48,315 nucleotides of DNA from Promethearchaeota archaeon Loki_b31 (lineage in GTDB: Archaea; Asgardarchaeota; Lokiarchaeia; Sigyniarchaeales; SOKP01). Below, in pieces: positions 1 through 8,774 of the stretch. A model generated the notes under the pieces. The model was not told the DNA's origin and searched no databases. It worked only from the letters and a program-made list of their open reading frames with translations. The stretch's first letter is position 1; each line of letters starts with the position of its first letter. The translations under genes and the position numbers were made by a program. Location: NCBI GenBank assembly GCA_005222975.1, contig NJBI01000024.1, positions 1 to 48,315 on the forward strand. The letters are read 5' to 3'.

Positions 1-677
1 CCACCGCTTAATTCTGAAGGAGCGTGATGCGAACGTTCTTCTAAACCAACAAGACTTAATAAATCCAAAGCTTTTTTTCTCTTTCCTCGTTTACTTAATT
101 TTCCTGAAAAATGTAAAGGAACCATTACATTTTCTAAAGATGTCATTTGAGGTAATAAATTATAAAATTGAAAGACAAATCCTATTCGTTCTCTTCTTAT
201 TTCTGCTAAAGCATTATCATTTAGCATAGAAATATTACGACCTTCTAAAAAGATTTTTCCTCTCGTAGGAGTGTCAAGACCACCAACTAGATTCAAGAGC
301 GTTGTCTTACCACTTCCAGAAGGACCCATAATATCAATGAAATCGCCTTTATCAATTGTTAAATCAACACCACGGAGAGCTGCAACGGCAGTTGTCCCTA
401 ACAAATAAGTCTTGTGTAAATTTTCAACAACAATTAGATGCTCGTAATCTTTCCCTACTTCTTTTTGTTGTTTCAATTCTGTTTTTACTTGTTTTCTTTC
501 TTGACGAGATAACGAGAGCGTTTCTATTTTTTGTTTTTTAATAGAATCTTTTTGCTTCTTTATTTGCCACTTCTTAAAATCTTTATTTACCTTACCTTTC
601 CATATTGCTAATTTTCCCGTTTCTTCTTCATAATTTTCCATTTCAGGAGTTTTTTTTATGATTCTTGATTCAGACAT
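1..677 (-). CDS. ABC transporter ATP-binding protein (LolD/MacB-type), runs off the window start
   Basis: Translated by hand from ATG 677: MSESRIIKK...LHKTYLLGTTAVAALRGVDLTIDKGDFIDIMGPSGSGKTTLLNLVGGLDTPTRG...IGFVFQFYNL...PSELSG. It has Walker A, the Q-loop and the start of the LSGG signature, plus an N-terminal extension of about 75 aa. Absent from the ORF track because there is no stop in the window. Confidence 0.93.
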   Translation of the reverse strand, partial: MSESRIIKKTPEMENYEEETGKLAIWKGKVNKDFKKWQIKKQKDSIKKQKIETLSLSRQERKQVKTELKQQKEVGKDYEHLIVVENLHKTYLLGTTAVAALRGVDLTIDKGDFIDIMGPSGSGKTTLLNLVGGLDTPTRGKIFLEGRNISMLNDNALAEIRRERIGFVFQFYNLLPQMTSLENVMVPLHFSGKLSKRGKRKKALDLLSLVGLEERSHHAPSELSG

Positions 678-873
678 AAAGGTTAACCCGTCAAAATTAA
701 AAAATTTAGATTTGATAATTATAACTTAAAATTATCTAATATGTGATTAAATAAATTTTAATGCTGTAAGAAAAGAAAGTATAAAAAGGCTTTAAACCTT
801 AAGGTTCTAATTTATTCGAACATTAAGACGTCTTTCATTTCTTTTTAAAAAAATATAATTTCGAGGACAGGAG

Positions 874-1599
874 TCAATTCGATTGTAAATATTTTAATAG
901 TTTTAAACTAAGATCTTTTTCAGCATCTTTTATTCTTCTAAATTTTTCTGATCTCAAATTATCGGGAAGATTTAATAATCTATTTTGTTTTTCATCTAAA
1001 ATCTCAGGATTTTTCACAATCCAACGAGCGTCATTGTCTGGGCCTAACTTTTCATATTCAAATTTAATTGTGGGCGTTATTTTGAATATGTCTTGTAAGT
1101 ATTCTAAGAGTTGGTTTTTGTATAAATTGGATGATTCCTTTATTAAAGCATCCCAATCATAGAAATAGATGTTAATTATTTTTTGCTCAACAATTTCGAG
1201 GTTATTTCCAGAATCAACATAAATAGCACCGCATATTGACTCAATAACATCGGCTAAAATTGAAGTGCTCCTAACTTTCTGTTTTTTTGATGAGATAATA
1301 TATTTCCATAATTCCATTTCGGTAGCTACCTTTAAAAAGGTCTGGTTATCTTCTAAACATTGTTTTGTTTTCGTTAATCTGCCGGGATCATTTTCACCTG
1401 AATTATATATTTTTAAGCTAAAGATTAATTTTATCACCGCATCTCCGAGAGTTTCTAATATTTCATAATGACCTAAATTATTTTCATTCCCATATTGAGG
1501 TGTTGTTAAGGCTTCGAGTAGTATTTCGGGGTTTTGAAATTGATAATTTATAAACTCTTGAAACAGTTTCAATTTGTCTCCTATAATAAGTTTATCCAT
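874..1599 (-). CDS. rnc: Ribonuclease III family protein (RNase III domain plus degenerate dsRBD-like C-terminus)
   Basis: Motifs LLEALT, YEILETLGDAVIKL (RNase III signature ERLEFLGD-like) and LADVIESICGAIYVDSG. The C-terminal YKNQLLEYLQ...GPD...KDAEKD resembles a dsRBD. Confidence 0.88.
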   Translation of the reverse strand: MDKLIIGDKLKLFQEFINYQFQNPEILLEALTTPQYGNENNLGHYEILETLGDAVIKLIFSLKIYNSGENDPGRLTKTKQCLEDNQTFLKVATEMELWKYIISSKKQKVRSTSILADVIESICGAIYVDSGNNLEIVEQKIINIYFYDWDALIKESSNLYKNQLLEYLQDIFKITPTIKFEYEKLGPDNDARWIVKNPEILDEKQNRLLNLPDNLRSEKFRRIKDAEKDLSLKLLKYLQSN

Positions 1600-1653
1600 A
1601 CCAATAAAATAAGTAAGGAAAAATTTAAAAATTTAGACAAGTCTAGTTTATAT

Positions 1654-2085
1654 ATGAAACAGGAAAAAGTAAACAAAACGCTTTTGATGATTAAGGATAT
1701 TGAGAAAAAAAACAGAGAAATGGAAGAATTTCTTTCAAACTTAACAATTTCCTCACGAAATGATCTTCTCAAAGAGATAACCAGCGATATTATTGAAAAA
1801 AATAGTTTTATTAAAGAACATGGCTTTTCTAAAGAAAATATTTGTGTTTCTGAATCGGTAAGCTCAGAACTTATTTCGATCAGTTCCATAATTGATAATC
1901 TCGTTTCCAATATCCAGAAAAATCCATCAAAAAAAGTTCTCTACTTGAGACTCTTTCTTGATAGATTTCATGATATCTCTGACCAAGATAAAAATGTACT
2001 TATTCAATCTGTCAAAGATGAGCCCTCTGAAGGATTAAAAGAAAAAATGTTATCATTAATTAATGTATTCAAATTAGAAATTTAA
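1654..2085 (+). CDS. Hypothetical helical protein; start more likely ATG 1654 than TTG 1534
   Basis: Open frame with charged helical composition. The 1654 start avoids overlap with the divergent rnc. Confidence 0.6.
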   Translation: MKQEKVNKTLLMIKDIEKKNREMEEFLSNLTISSRNDLLKEITSDIIEKNSFIKEHGFSKENICVSESVSSELISISSIIDNLVSNIQKNPSKKVLYLRLFLDRFHDISDQDKNVLIQSVKDEPSEGLKEKMLSLINVFKLEI

Positions 2086-2154
2086 AATTAGAAAAAAAAA
2101 GAAAAAATCAAATTCTTATCTTTAATTTTGATCTTATGAAATTCTAACAAAAGT

Positions 2155-2553
2155 TTATTCATATTCAAATAATTTCAGTAGAGTTAGAACGTTTTTAATT
2201 CCCTTAATTTTGATTCGGAAGGTAAGAATTTTCCAAATTATAGAGCCCGTCGAAATGTCGCCTCCACCTAGAAGCTCTACAAAAAGCTGCATTTTTGCTT
2301 CTAGAAAACCATCCCATCCAGCATTCTTCTTTTTGATGTTTTCCTTTGGTTTGTTTTCAATACTCTCTACATAAACTTTGCCTTTATCGATTACTAACAA
2401 GGCGGCATATTTTCCATCTTTGGCGTTTAAGAGAATTTTTAATTCAGAATCTTTAAAATCTTCCTTGAACTGCTCAATAGTATTTAAAACTTCGACCTCT
2501 TTAGCTACGACTTTAGCAAACCCTTTTAACCGTTTCGTTTTTTCTTCAGCCAT
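2155..2553 (-). CDS. SCP2-like (sterol carrier/lipid-binding fold) protein
   Basis: About 130 aa with an SCP2-like pattern (ALLVIDKGKVYV...WDGFLEA...ILTFRIKIKG). Start taken at MAEEK. Confidence 0.55.
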   Translation of the reverse strand: MAEEKTKRLKGFAKVVAKEVEVLNTIEQFKEDFKDSELKILLNAKDGKYAALLVIDKGKVYVESIENKPKENIKKKNAGWDGFLEAKMQLFVELLGGGDISTGSIIWKILTFRIKIKGIKNVLTLLKLFEYE

Positions 2554-2716
2554 TTTAATCAACTTTCAGCATTATTATAATCGAAATCGTTTTAAAAAAA
2601 GATTTCACTTAAATTAAATCTAATATGAAAGTTAAAAATATCTTTTTTCAATGAAATCTAAAATTTAAAACAAGGAAGATGGAATGAATAGAGTATAATA
2701 GTTTCTCTTCGCAAAA

Positions 2717-2968
2717 CTAATACCCGTTAGCATCGCCCATATCGAAGAATTCTTCAAAAGCTTTCCTATCTTGAGCAGAAATTTTCGACTTCGCAAGAAC
2801 TTTCTTTATCACTATAGGAGCTGCTTCTTTATCGTCGTGTTTTATCGTTTTAACTATATTATAATCGTTATTATTTGGATCTATCTCGAATTCTTTATCA
2901 CACGCTTTGCAGTATAGTTTTTTGTTTTTAGGTATCAGGATGTTATCGCAATCTGGGCAAAACCTCAT
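2717..2968 (-). CDS. RpoM/TFS-like protein with only the N-terminal Zn ribbon (83 aa)
   Basis: MRFCPDCDNILIP...LYCKACD matches the N-terminal ribbon of the TFS/RPB9 family. No C-terminal CxxC ribbon or ADE hairpin. Start set at ATG 2968. Confidence 0.75.
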   Translation of the reverse strand: MRFCPDCDNILIPKNKKLYCKACDKEFEIDPNNNDYNIVKTIKHDDKEAAPIVIKKVLAKSKISAQDRKAFEEFFDMGDANGY

Positions 2969-3310
2969 AATTTCGTTGACCACCAAATTTTTATTTTTAA
3001 AAATTTTACGCTTTTTATTACTTGTTAGTATTATACAATAATCTTCTATCAATTAATTATTAAAATATTCTATATTTATAAATTTAATGGCGACCAATAC
3101 TTGTTGCCGTATTTGAGTATTTAAATTTTTCTTTTACAATCTTATTGTATAACTAATAATTGGTTACGAGAAATTTGTTTGTGAAAGTATAAATTATCAG
3201 AAGGCGTATTTTTCTGAGTTAATAGTTTTTAATTTGCTAAAATAAAAATTTAATTAAAAAGTAATATTAAATTTCCTCAGCAATAACAAGTTTTAAGTGA
3301 GATTTATAAG

Positions 3311-4045
3311 ATGATTGAAAGCGAAAATAAAATTCTAATAGTAGGGCATCGTGGTGCAAGCTCGGATTCACCCGAAAATACACTAAAAGCGTTTCAAAAA
3401 GCTATTGAATTAAAAGCCGATTATGTGGAGTTTGATGTCCAAGAAACTCGAGATGGAAACATAGTAGTTACGCATGACGAAGACATTAAAAGAATAACCG
3501 GTAAAGATGGATTAATAAAAGATATGACGCTGAACGAATTGAGAAAACTGAACTTTGGAGAGGGGGAAAAAATTCCAATTTTGCAAGAATTAGTTGAACT
3601 GACAAAAAATAAGATTGGTTTAAATTGCGAAATTAAAGTAGAAGGAATTACAGAAAAAGTTATTCATATTTTTAGAGAATATGATATTATAGACACAACA
3701 TTGGTGAGTTCCTTTATACACGATGAGCTATTAAAAATTCAAAAGCTAGAGCCATCCCTAAAATTAGCTTCACTAGAACCAACTCCAGGCACTATAAAGA
3801 TTGATTGGGATAAAAAAAAAGAGATGATTCACTATTGTATAGATAATAACCTTTACGCGATTAATCCTTTAGTAATGATGGTAGATCAGCAGTTTGTGGA
3901 TTTTGCTCACGCTAATAATGTAAAAGTTTTTCCGTGGACGGTTGATTCTAAGGTATCTATTAAGAAACTTATAAGACTAGGCGTTGACGGCATAATTACT
4001 AATGATATTTCTCGGGCGAAAGATATCTTAAAATCATTTTCTTAA
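3311..4045 (+). CDS. Glycerophosphodiester phosphodiesterase (GDPD family)
   Basis: Motifs GHRGAS...PENTL, VEFDVQETRDG..VVTHD, NCEIK, WTVD and GVDGIITN. Confidence 0.95.
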   Translation: MIESENKILIVGHRGASSDSPENTLKAFQKAIELKADYVEFDVQETRDGNIVVTHDEDIKRITGKDGLIKDMTLNELRKLNFGEGEKIPILQELVELTKNKIGLNCEIKVEGITEKVIHIFREYDIIDTTLVSSFIHDELLKIQKLEPSLKLASLEPTPGTIKIDWDKKKEMIHYCIDNNLYAINPLVMMVDQQFVDFAHANNVKVFPWTVDSKVSIKKLIRLGVDGIITNDISRAKDILKSFS

Positions 4046-4064
4046 ATTCTAAGGGATTTTACTA

Positions 4065-4790
4065 ATGACATTAAAAAAAAAAGATGTTTTAATAATTGGA
4101 CATAAAGGCGCAAGCGCGATCGCCCCTGAAAACACATTAAAGGCTTTTAAGAAAGCAATTGAATTAAAAGCCGATCTGGTAGAATTTGACATACATAAAA
4201 CTAAAGATGGCGAAATTGTCATAATTCACGATCCAGATACCTTAAGCACTACAGGCGTTCAAGGATTGATTAAAGATATGACTTTGGAAGAAATTAAAAA
4301 ATTGGATGCTGGCGAAGGTGAAAAAATCCCTACTTTATTAGAGTTAATTAAAGTTGCAAAAGAGAAAGTGGGTTTGCAAATAGAAATTAAATCTAGTGGT
4401 CTACTTGAGAAGTTGATTAAACTTTTGAAAGAAGAAAATTTCGTAAATACTTCAATTGTTAGCTGTTTTGCATTTGACGAGTTAGTGAAGTTGAAAAATC
4501 TAGAGCCTAAAATAAAGCTAGGCTTTTTGTTACCCGCAGATCTTGTGCGAGCTCGCCAAATTAAAAGAAAGATTTTAAAAGTAGTTGATAAAAAATTTTA
4601 TGCAATTCATCCACATTATAATATAACTGACAAAGAAATCGTTGATTTTGCTCATGATAACGATCTTAAAGTTAATGTTTGGACCATAAACGATAAGGAT
4701 ATAATGGAGCGTTTAATAGAAATTGGGGTCGATGGAATTATTACTGATGATATTTCAATGGCCAATGAATTACTAGGAAGAGTTGTCTAA
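4065..4790 (+). CDS. Glycerophosphodiester phosphodiesterase (GDPD family), tandem paralog
   Basis: Motifs GHKGAS...PENTL, VEFDIHKTKDG..IIHD, QIEIK, WTIND and GVDGIITD. Confidence 0.95.
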   Translation: MTLKKKDVLIIGHKGASAIAPENTLKAFKKAIELKADLVEFDIHKTKDGEIVIIHDPDTLSTTGVQGLIKDMTLEEIKKLDAGEGEKIPTLLELIKVAKEKVGLQIEIKSSGLLEKLIKLLKEENFVNTSIVSCFAFDELVKLKNLEPKIKLGFLLPADLVRARQIKRKILKVVDKKFYAIHPHYNITDKEIVDFAHDNDLKVNVWTINDKDIMERLIEIGVDGIITDDISMANELLGRVV

Positions 4791-4895
4791 TAATTTTTTA
4801 AGAAAGATAGTTTCCCCATTAAACCATAATAAAATATTTTAGTCAAGTTCTATTTTATTCATTAATCTTTTAAACCGATTTTAGTTATTTTCTTC

Positions 4896-6395
4896 ATGTC
4901 TACATTACAAGAATCAAAAATTGATTTTAATAGATTATTCTTTCCAAGATCTATTGGAATTATTGGAGCAAGCTGGGATCCAGCAGGTGGGGGCTTTTTC
5001 GTCCGGGCAATGAAAGATAAGTTTCGAGGGCCGATGTATTTATTTAATCCTCGATTAGCTGGAAAAGAGCTCTTAGGTCATAAAGTCTATAACTCTATTT
5101 TAGATATTTCGGAACCCATCGATTACGTCATATTAGCTGTCCCTTCACGTCTGGTTCCTAAATTATTGGAGGAGATCGGTCAGAGAAATGTCCCTTTTTG
5201 CACAATTTTTTCTTCTGGTTTCCGCGAGGTAGGAAACGAATCCCTGGAAAACCAAACAATACAAGTTGCTCGAAAATATAACATCCGAATTATAGGACCT
5301 AACTGTATCGGCGTATATAATCCAAAAGGAGGTCTCTATTTTGCTTTTGAGCAATCCAGAAAATCAGGTAACTTTGGTGGAATATTTCAATCTGGTGGAA
5401 TTGCTCAAAATATCTCTCAGCTTATCGTTTCATATGGATTATATACCTCAAAATCGATTTCAATTGGTAATTCATTAGATTTATCTCCAGTAGAATTTTT
5501 AGAATATTTCTTAACTGACGAACACACTAAAATAATTGGTTTGTACATTGAGAACCTGAGGTCAATCGAACAGGGACGGAAATTTATGGAAATAGTTAAG
5601 AAGTGTAATTTAAATAGGAAACCCGTAATTCTTTGGAGGGCAGGATATGGAGAAGCAACAAAGAAAGCAATCTTATCTCACACTGGAGGTTTAGCCGGGA
5701 ACAATGAAATTTGGAAGGCAGTAGGGAAGCAAACAGGTAGTTGTTTAGCAAGTAATTCAAACGAGCTTGCCGCGCTAGCTTCAGCCTTCAATTTAACTCG
5801 CTTACCAAACACGCGCAATGTAGGGGTGATTGGAATTGGTGGTGGTTCCACGATTGAGGCAATAGACATATTAGAAAAATATAATTTAAAAATACCCCAA
5901 TTATCAGAGAAGTCAATGAATAAAATGAAAAGATTCATCCCAGATGTAAATACTAACTTATCAAATCCAATAGATCTAGGCGGAATGGGAATCCAACCAA
6001 ACACCTATTATCGTACAATTTTAACGCTAGATAAAGACCCTAACATTTCTTCTATTATCTTCGTTAAAGATCCCGAAAGATTTGGAGGGTTTGAAGAAAT
6101 TTTGGATGAATTGGGGTATAAAGGGCTCGATTTAAACAGAGAATTTATAAGATATATTTCTAAAGCAAAAAGCGTGTGTACAAAACCAATGTATTGCGTT
6201 ATGTTAAAAATAAACGAAGGATTCGAAGCGTATAAAAGTAGATACAAATTTAAGCTAAAATTGTTAAATCGCAATGTTCCAGTTTTCGAATCGTTAGAAC
6301 TTGCGGGTTCTGTTTTAGATAAGGTGAATTATTATCGAGAATTCTTGCAAAAGCATGGAAAATTCCCAAAAATTGAAACTATACAAACTTTTTAA
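4896..6395 (+). CDS. Acyl-CoA synthetase (ADP-forming) alpha subunit
   Basis: Motifs FFPRSIGIIGAS (CoA binding), IIGPNCIG, FQSGG, SHTG (catalytic His) and NPIDL. Confidence 0.9.
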   Translation: MSTLQESKIDFNRLFFPRSIGIIGASWDPAGGGFFVRAMKDKFRGPMYLFNPRLAGKELLGHKVYNSILDISEPIDYVILAVPSRLVPKLLEEIGQRNVPFCTIFSSGFREVGNESLENQTIQVARKYNIRIIGPNCIGVYNPKGGLYFAFEQSRKSGNFGGIFQSGGIAQNISQLIVSYGLYTSKSISIGNSLDLSPVEFLEYFLTDEHTKIIGLYIENLRSIEQGRKFMEIVKKCNLNRKPVILWRAGYGEATKKAILSHTGGLAGNNEIWKAVGKQTGSCLASNSNELAALASAFNLTRLPNTRNVGVIGIGGGSTIEAIDILEKYNLKIPQLSEKSMNKMKRFIPDVNTNLSNPIDLGGMGIQPNTYYRTILTLDKDPNISSIIFVKDPERFGGFEEILDELGYKGLDLNREFIRYISKAKSVCTKPMYCVMLKINEGFEAYKSRYKFKLKLLNRNVPVFESLELAGSVLDKVNYYREFLQKHGKFPKIETIQTF

Positions 6396-6421
6396 TTTAA
6401 AATAAAATTATAAGAAAGCTT

Positions 6422-7228
6422 TTAACTTTTTTCTAAATGCTTGATTTCTATGGGTCTACCGGGACTTCCTTGGTAATAGTATTTATCTGGCTTCCCTCTC
6501 CAATTTTTATGTAATACCGTATTTGGAAATATAACGTTATTATCCTTGGTTAAAGCGTTGGGACCGGCAATTATTCCAGGATAGAATGTCGTGTTTTTTC
6601 CAAGTTTAATTTCCATCATACTTATCTTTCCAAAGATTGTATTGACGGCGTGACTCGACAATGCAGCCGTAGGGTAGAAGAAGACGTTATCTCCTAAATC
6701 TGTGAATTCTAAACCTACATAGGAATCGCAATAAATTACATTTTTTCCGATTTTATTATGACTGATCCTTCTTAGTGTGCGATTCACGAGCCAAGGAAAA
6801 GGCGATTTGGACGTCAACCACATCGGATATTTTATTATGAATCCTCTTTTGTGGTAATACTTCATCATCTTTCCTTCTTCGCTATTAACATCGTCTAAAA
6901 CCCGTTTGAAAACTCCTTCTTTGGGAGGTGATTTTTTACTCCATCGTCGAGCCCATAATGCTGTGAACTCAATTAATAAAATAAGATAAACAAAATAAAG
7001 AAATAATAGGAAACCAGGGAGTATTAAAAAGTGAATTATTTGTGGAATTGAAAAATAGATAATAAAACCGTATTCAAATAGTAAAAAAAGCCCCAAACAT
7101 GCATAAAGAGGAACCAAGAAGCTAATAAAATTAATTTTGAGGAAGTCTAAAATGGGAAGTTCCACAACTTGCCCTTTCTTCTGCTCAAATTCGGAATTTA
7201 CTTTTCCTACTACTTTGTTCTCTTTCAT
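6422..7228 (-). CDS. Membrane-anchored left-handed beta-helix (hexapeptide repeat) acyltransferase-like protein
   Basis: Two N-terminal TM helices followed by the hexapeptide-like repeats KIGKNV, DLGDNV, KLGKNT and a terminal YQGSPG. Confidence 0.6.
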   Translation of the reverse strand: MKENKVVGKVNSEFEQKKGQVVELPILDFLKINFISFLVPLYACLGLFLLFEYGFIIYFSIPQIIHFLILPGFLLFLYFVYLILLIEFTALWARRWSKKSPPKEGVFKRVLDDVNSEEGKMMKYYHKRGFIIKYPMWLTSKSPFPWLVNRTLRRISHNKIGKNVIYCDSYVGLEFTDLGDNVFFYPTAALSSHAVNTIFGKISMMEIKLGKNTTFYPGIIAGPNALTKDNNVIFPNTVLHKNWRGKPDKYYYQGSPGRPIEIKHLEKS

Positions 7229-7434
7229 AGTATAATTATTGCTATAGTCTTATAAAAAATTATTTAACCAGATTATTCAGACAAAAAAAAAAGTAAAAAA
7301 TTCCCTTTTGACGATTTTAAAAACGAGTTATATGTCTAGTAAATGGTTAGATTTAAACAACATAATCTTTTTTTATGACAAAAATTTTTCCTTTATATAG
7401 TTCTTTTACACAGATATTACGCAAATTTAAATAA

Positions 7435-8718
7435 TTGTTAATAATAATTATAAAACAGTCATCAAATAATTTTTGGGATAATGAATTGTTCTTAAAAAAC
7501 AAGGCTATTTCTAAAGAAGATATTGAAAAACCAATAGTTACTATTAGAGAATTTCTTAACAAACATAGTAAATACAAAAACTTGGATCTCTATAAAGGTA
7601 TCTCTATTAAAAAGAAGACCTATTCAAAAACTCAGAAACTTAGCCCTTCTATTCAAATAGCAAAGCCAGAAGAAGCAAAAGATATTTCAGAAATTATTAA
7701 ACAAGCCTATAATGGTACTTATCCGTACAAAGAAATGGAGAGCGAATTAGAAGTACGGAAAATGATTGAAAATCCAACTTTTTATTGGCTCGTTTTTAAG
7801 GTAAATAATAACCACATAATTGGTTGTATCGGCTTTGATATTAATCTTAAAACCAAAAGTGCTACCTTCCACGGATTAGCTGTTAAGAAAGGATTTCAAG
7901 GTGTTACAGCTCTTTTTGAACTTTTACTAGCAGGATACTATTCAATATTGAATAATTATGAGAAAAAAATTCTATCATGGTCCTGCGAGATTCGTTCGGC
8001 TCATAATAAAACTCAGTTTTTAAGTATTTTTATAGATTTACTACCAATTGCTTTTTTTCCTAAGAAAGACATCTTCTTTAATCGTGAGGAATCAGAGTTT
8101 TTATTCATAATATATGATAGCGACGCATTGTATAAATACAGGTCTAAAGAAAAACCTAAAATAATCTATCAAATTTTAAATTGTTATGCTTATACTGCTA
8201 AAAAATTGCAAATTGGGCTTCCTCAAGTTAAAAAGTATAAAAAATTAAATTTTAACAAAAAAGAAATTAATTATATTAAAAATAATTTAATTGAAAAAGC
8301 AGAGAGTGATAGTATTGGAAATGAAAAATTTATCATTTCCATTAAAAATAGGGATTCTAACATCACATTTTTACATAATCCTATTAACAAAATTTTTGAA
8401 AAAACGGAATATCAAGTTTCAAATAAAGAAGAATTGTTAATTTTTGTTCAAAAAGTTAAGCAATTAATTAAAGATTATAATATTCGCTATTTTGAATGCT
8501 TCGTGTCAGCTTATCACCCCTCTCATCAAACTATTTTATGTGATGCTAATTTAACTCCATTCGGATATATTCCTAGTTTTAAATATAATGAGAAGAATGG
8601 TGTCTTCGAAGATCAAATTGTTTTTGTTTATTATGAAGGTAAAGTTAATAATCATTTAAAACTAATCCCAGAAACTGAAGATTTTCTAAGAACGATTAGA
8701 CCATTATGGGATTTCTGA
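7435..8718 (+). CDS. GNAT-fold N-acyltransferase (start uncertain)
   Basis: Motifs IQIAKPEEAKDISEIIKQAYNGTYPY, IIGCIG and GLAVKKGFQG (motif A-like). A second GNAT-like segment at the C-terminus (YFECFVSAYHPSHQ...PFGYIP). Confidence 0.7.
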   Translation: MLIIIIKQSSNNFWDNELFLKNKAISKEDIEKPIVTIREFLNKHSKYKNLDLYKGISIKKKTYSKTQKLSPSIQIAKPEEAKDISEIIKQAYNGTYPYKEMESELEVRKMIENPTFYWLVFKVNNNHIIGCIGFDINLKTKSATFHGLAVKKGFQGVTALFELLLAGYYSILNNYEKKILSWSCEIRSAHNKTQFLSIFIDLLPIAFFPKKDIFFNREESEFLFIIYDSDALYKYRSKEKPKIIYQILNCYAYTAKKLQIGLPQVKKYKKLNFNKKEINYIKNNLIEKAESDSIGNEKFIISIKNRDSNITFLHNPINKIFEKTEYQVSNKEELLIFVQKVKQLIKDYNIRYFECFVSAYHPSHQTILCDANLTPFGYIPSFKYNEKNGVFEDQIVFVYYEGKVNNHLKLIPETEDFLRTIRPLWDF

Positions 8719-8774
8719 TCAATAAAACTTAGCTTTTAAATTTGTTAATAATATTAAAAAAGAAGAATTTAGTA

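Noticed and set aside
356-541. 61-aa plus-strand ORF in the track
   Set aside because: It is the antisense shadow of the ABC ATPase on the minus strand (1-677).
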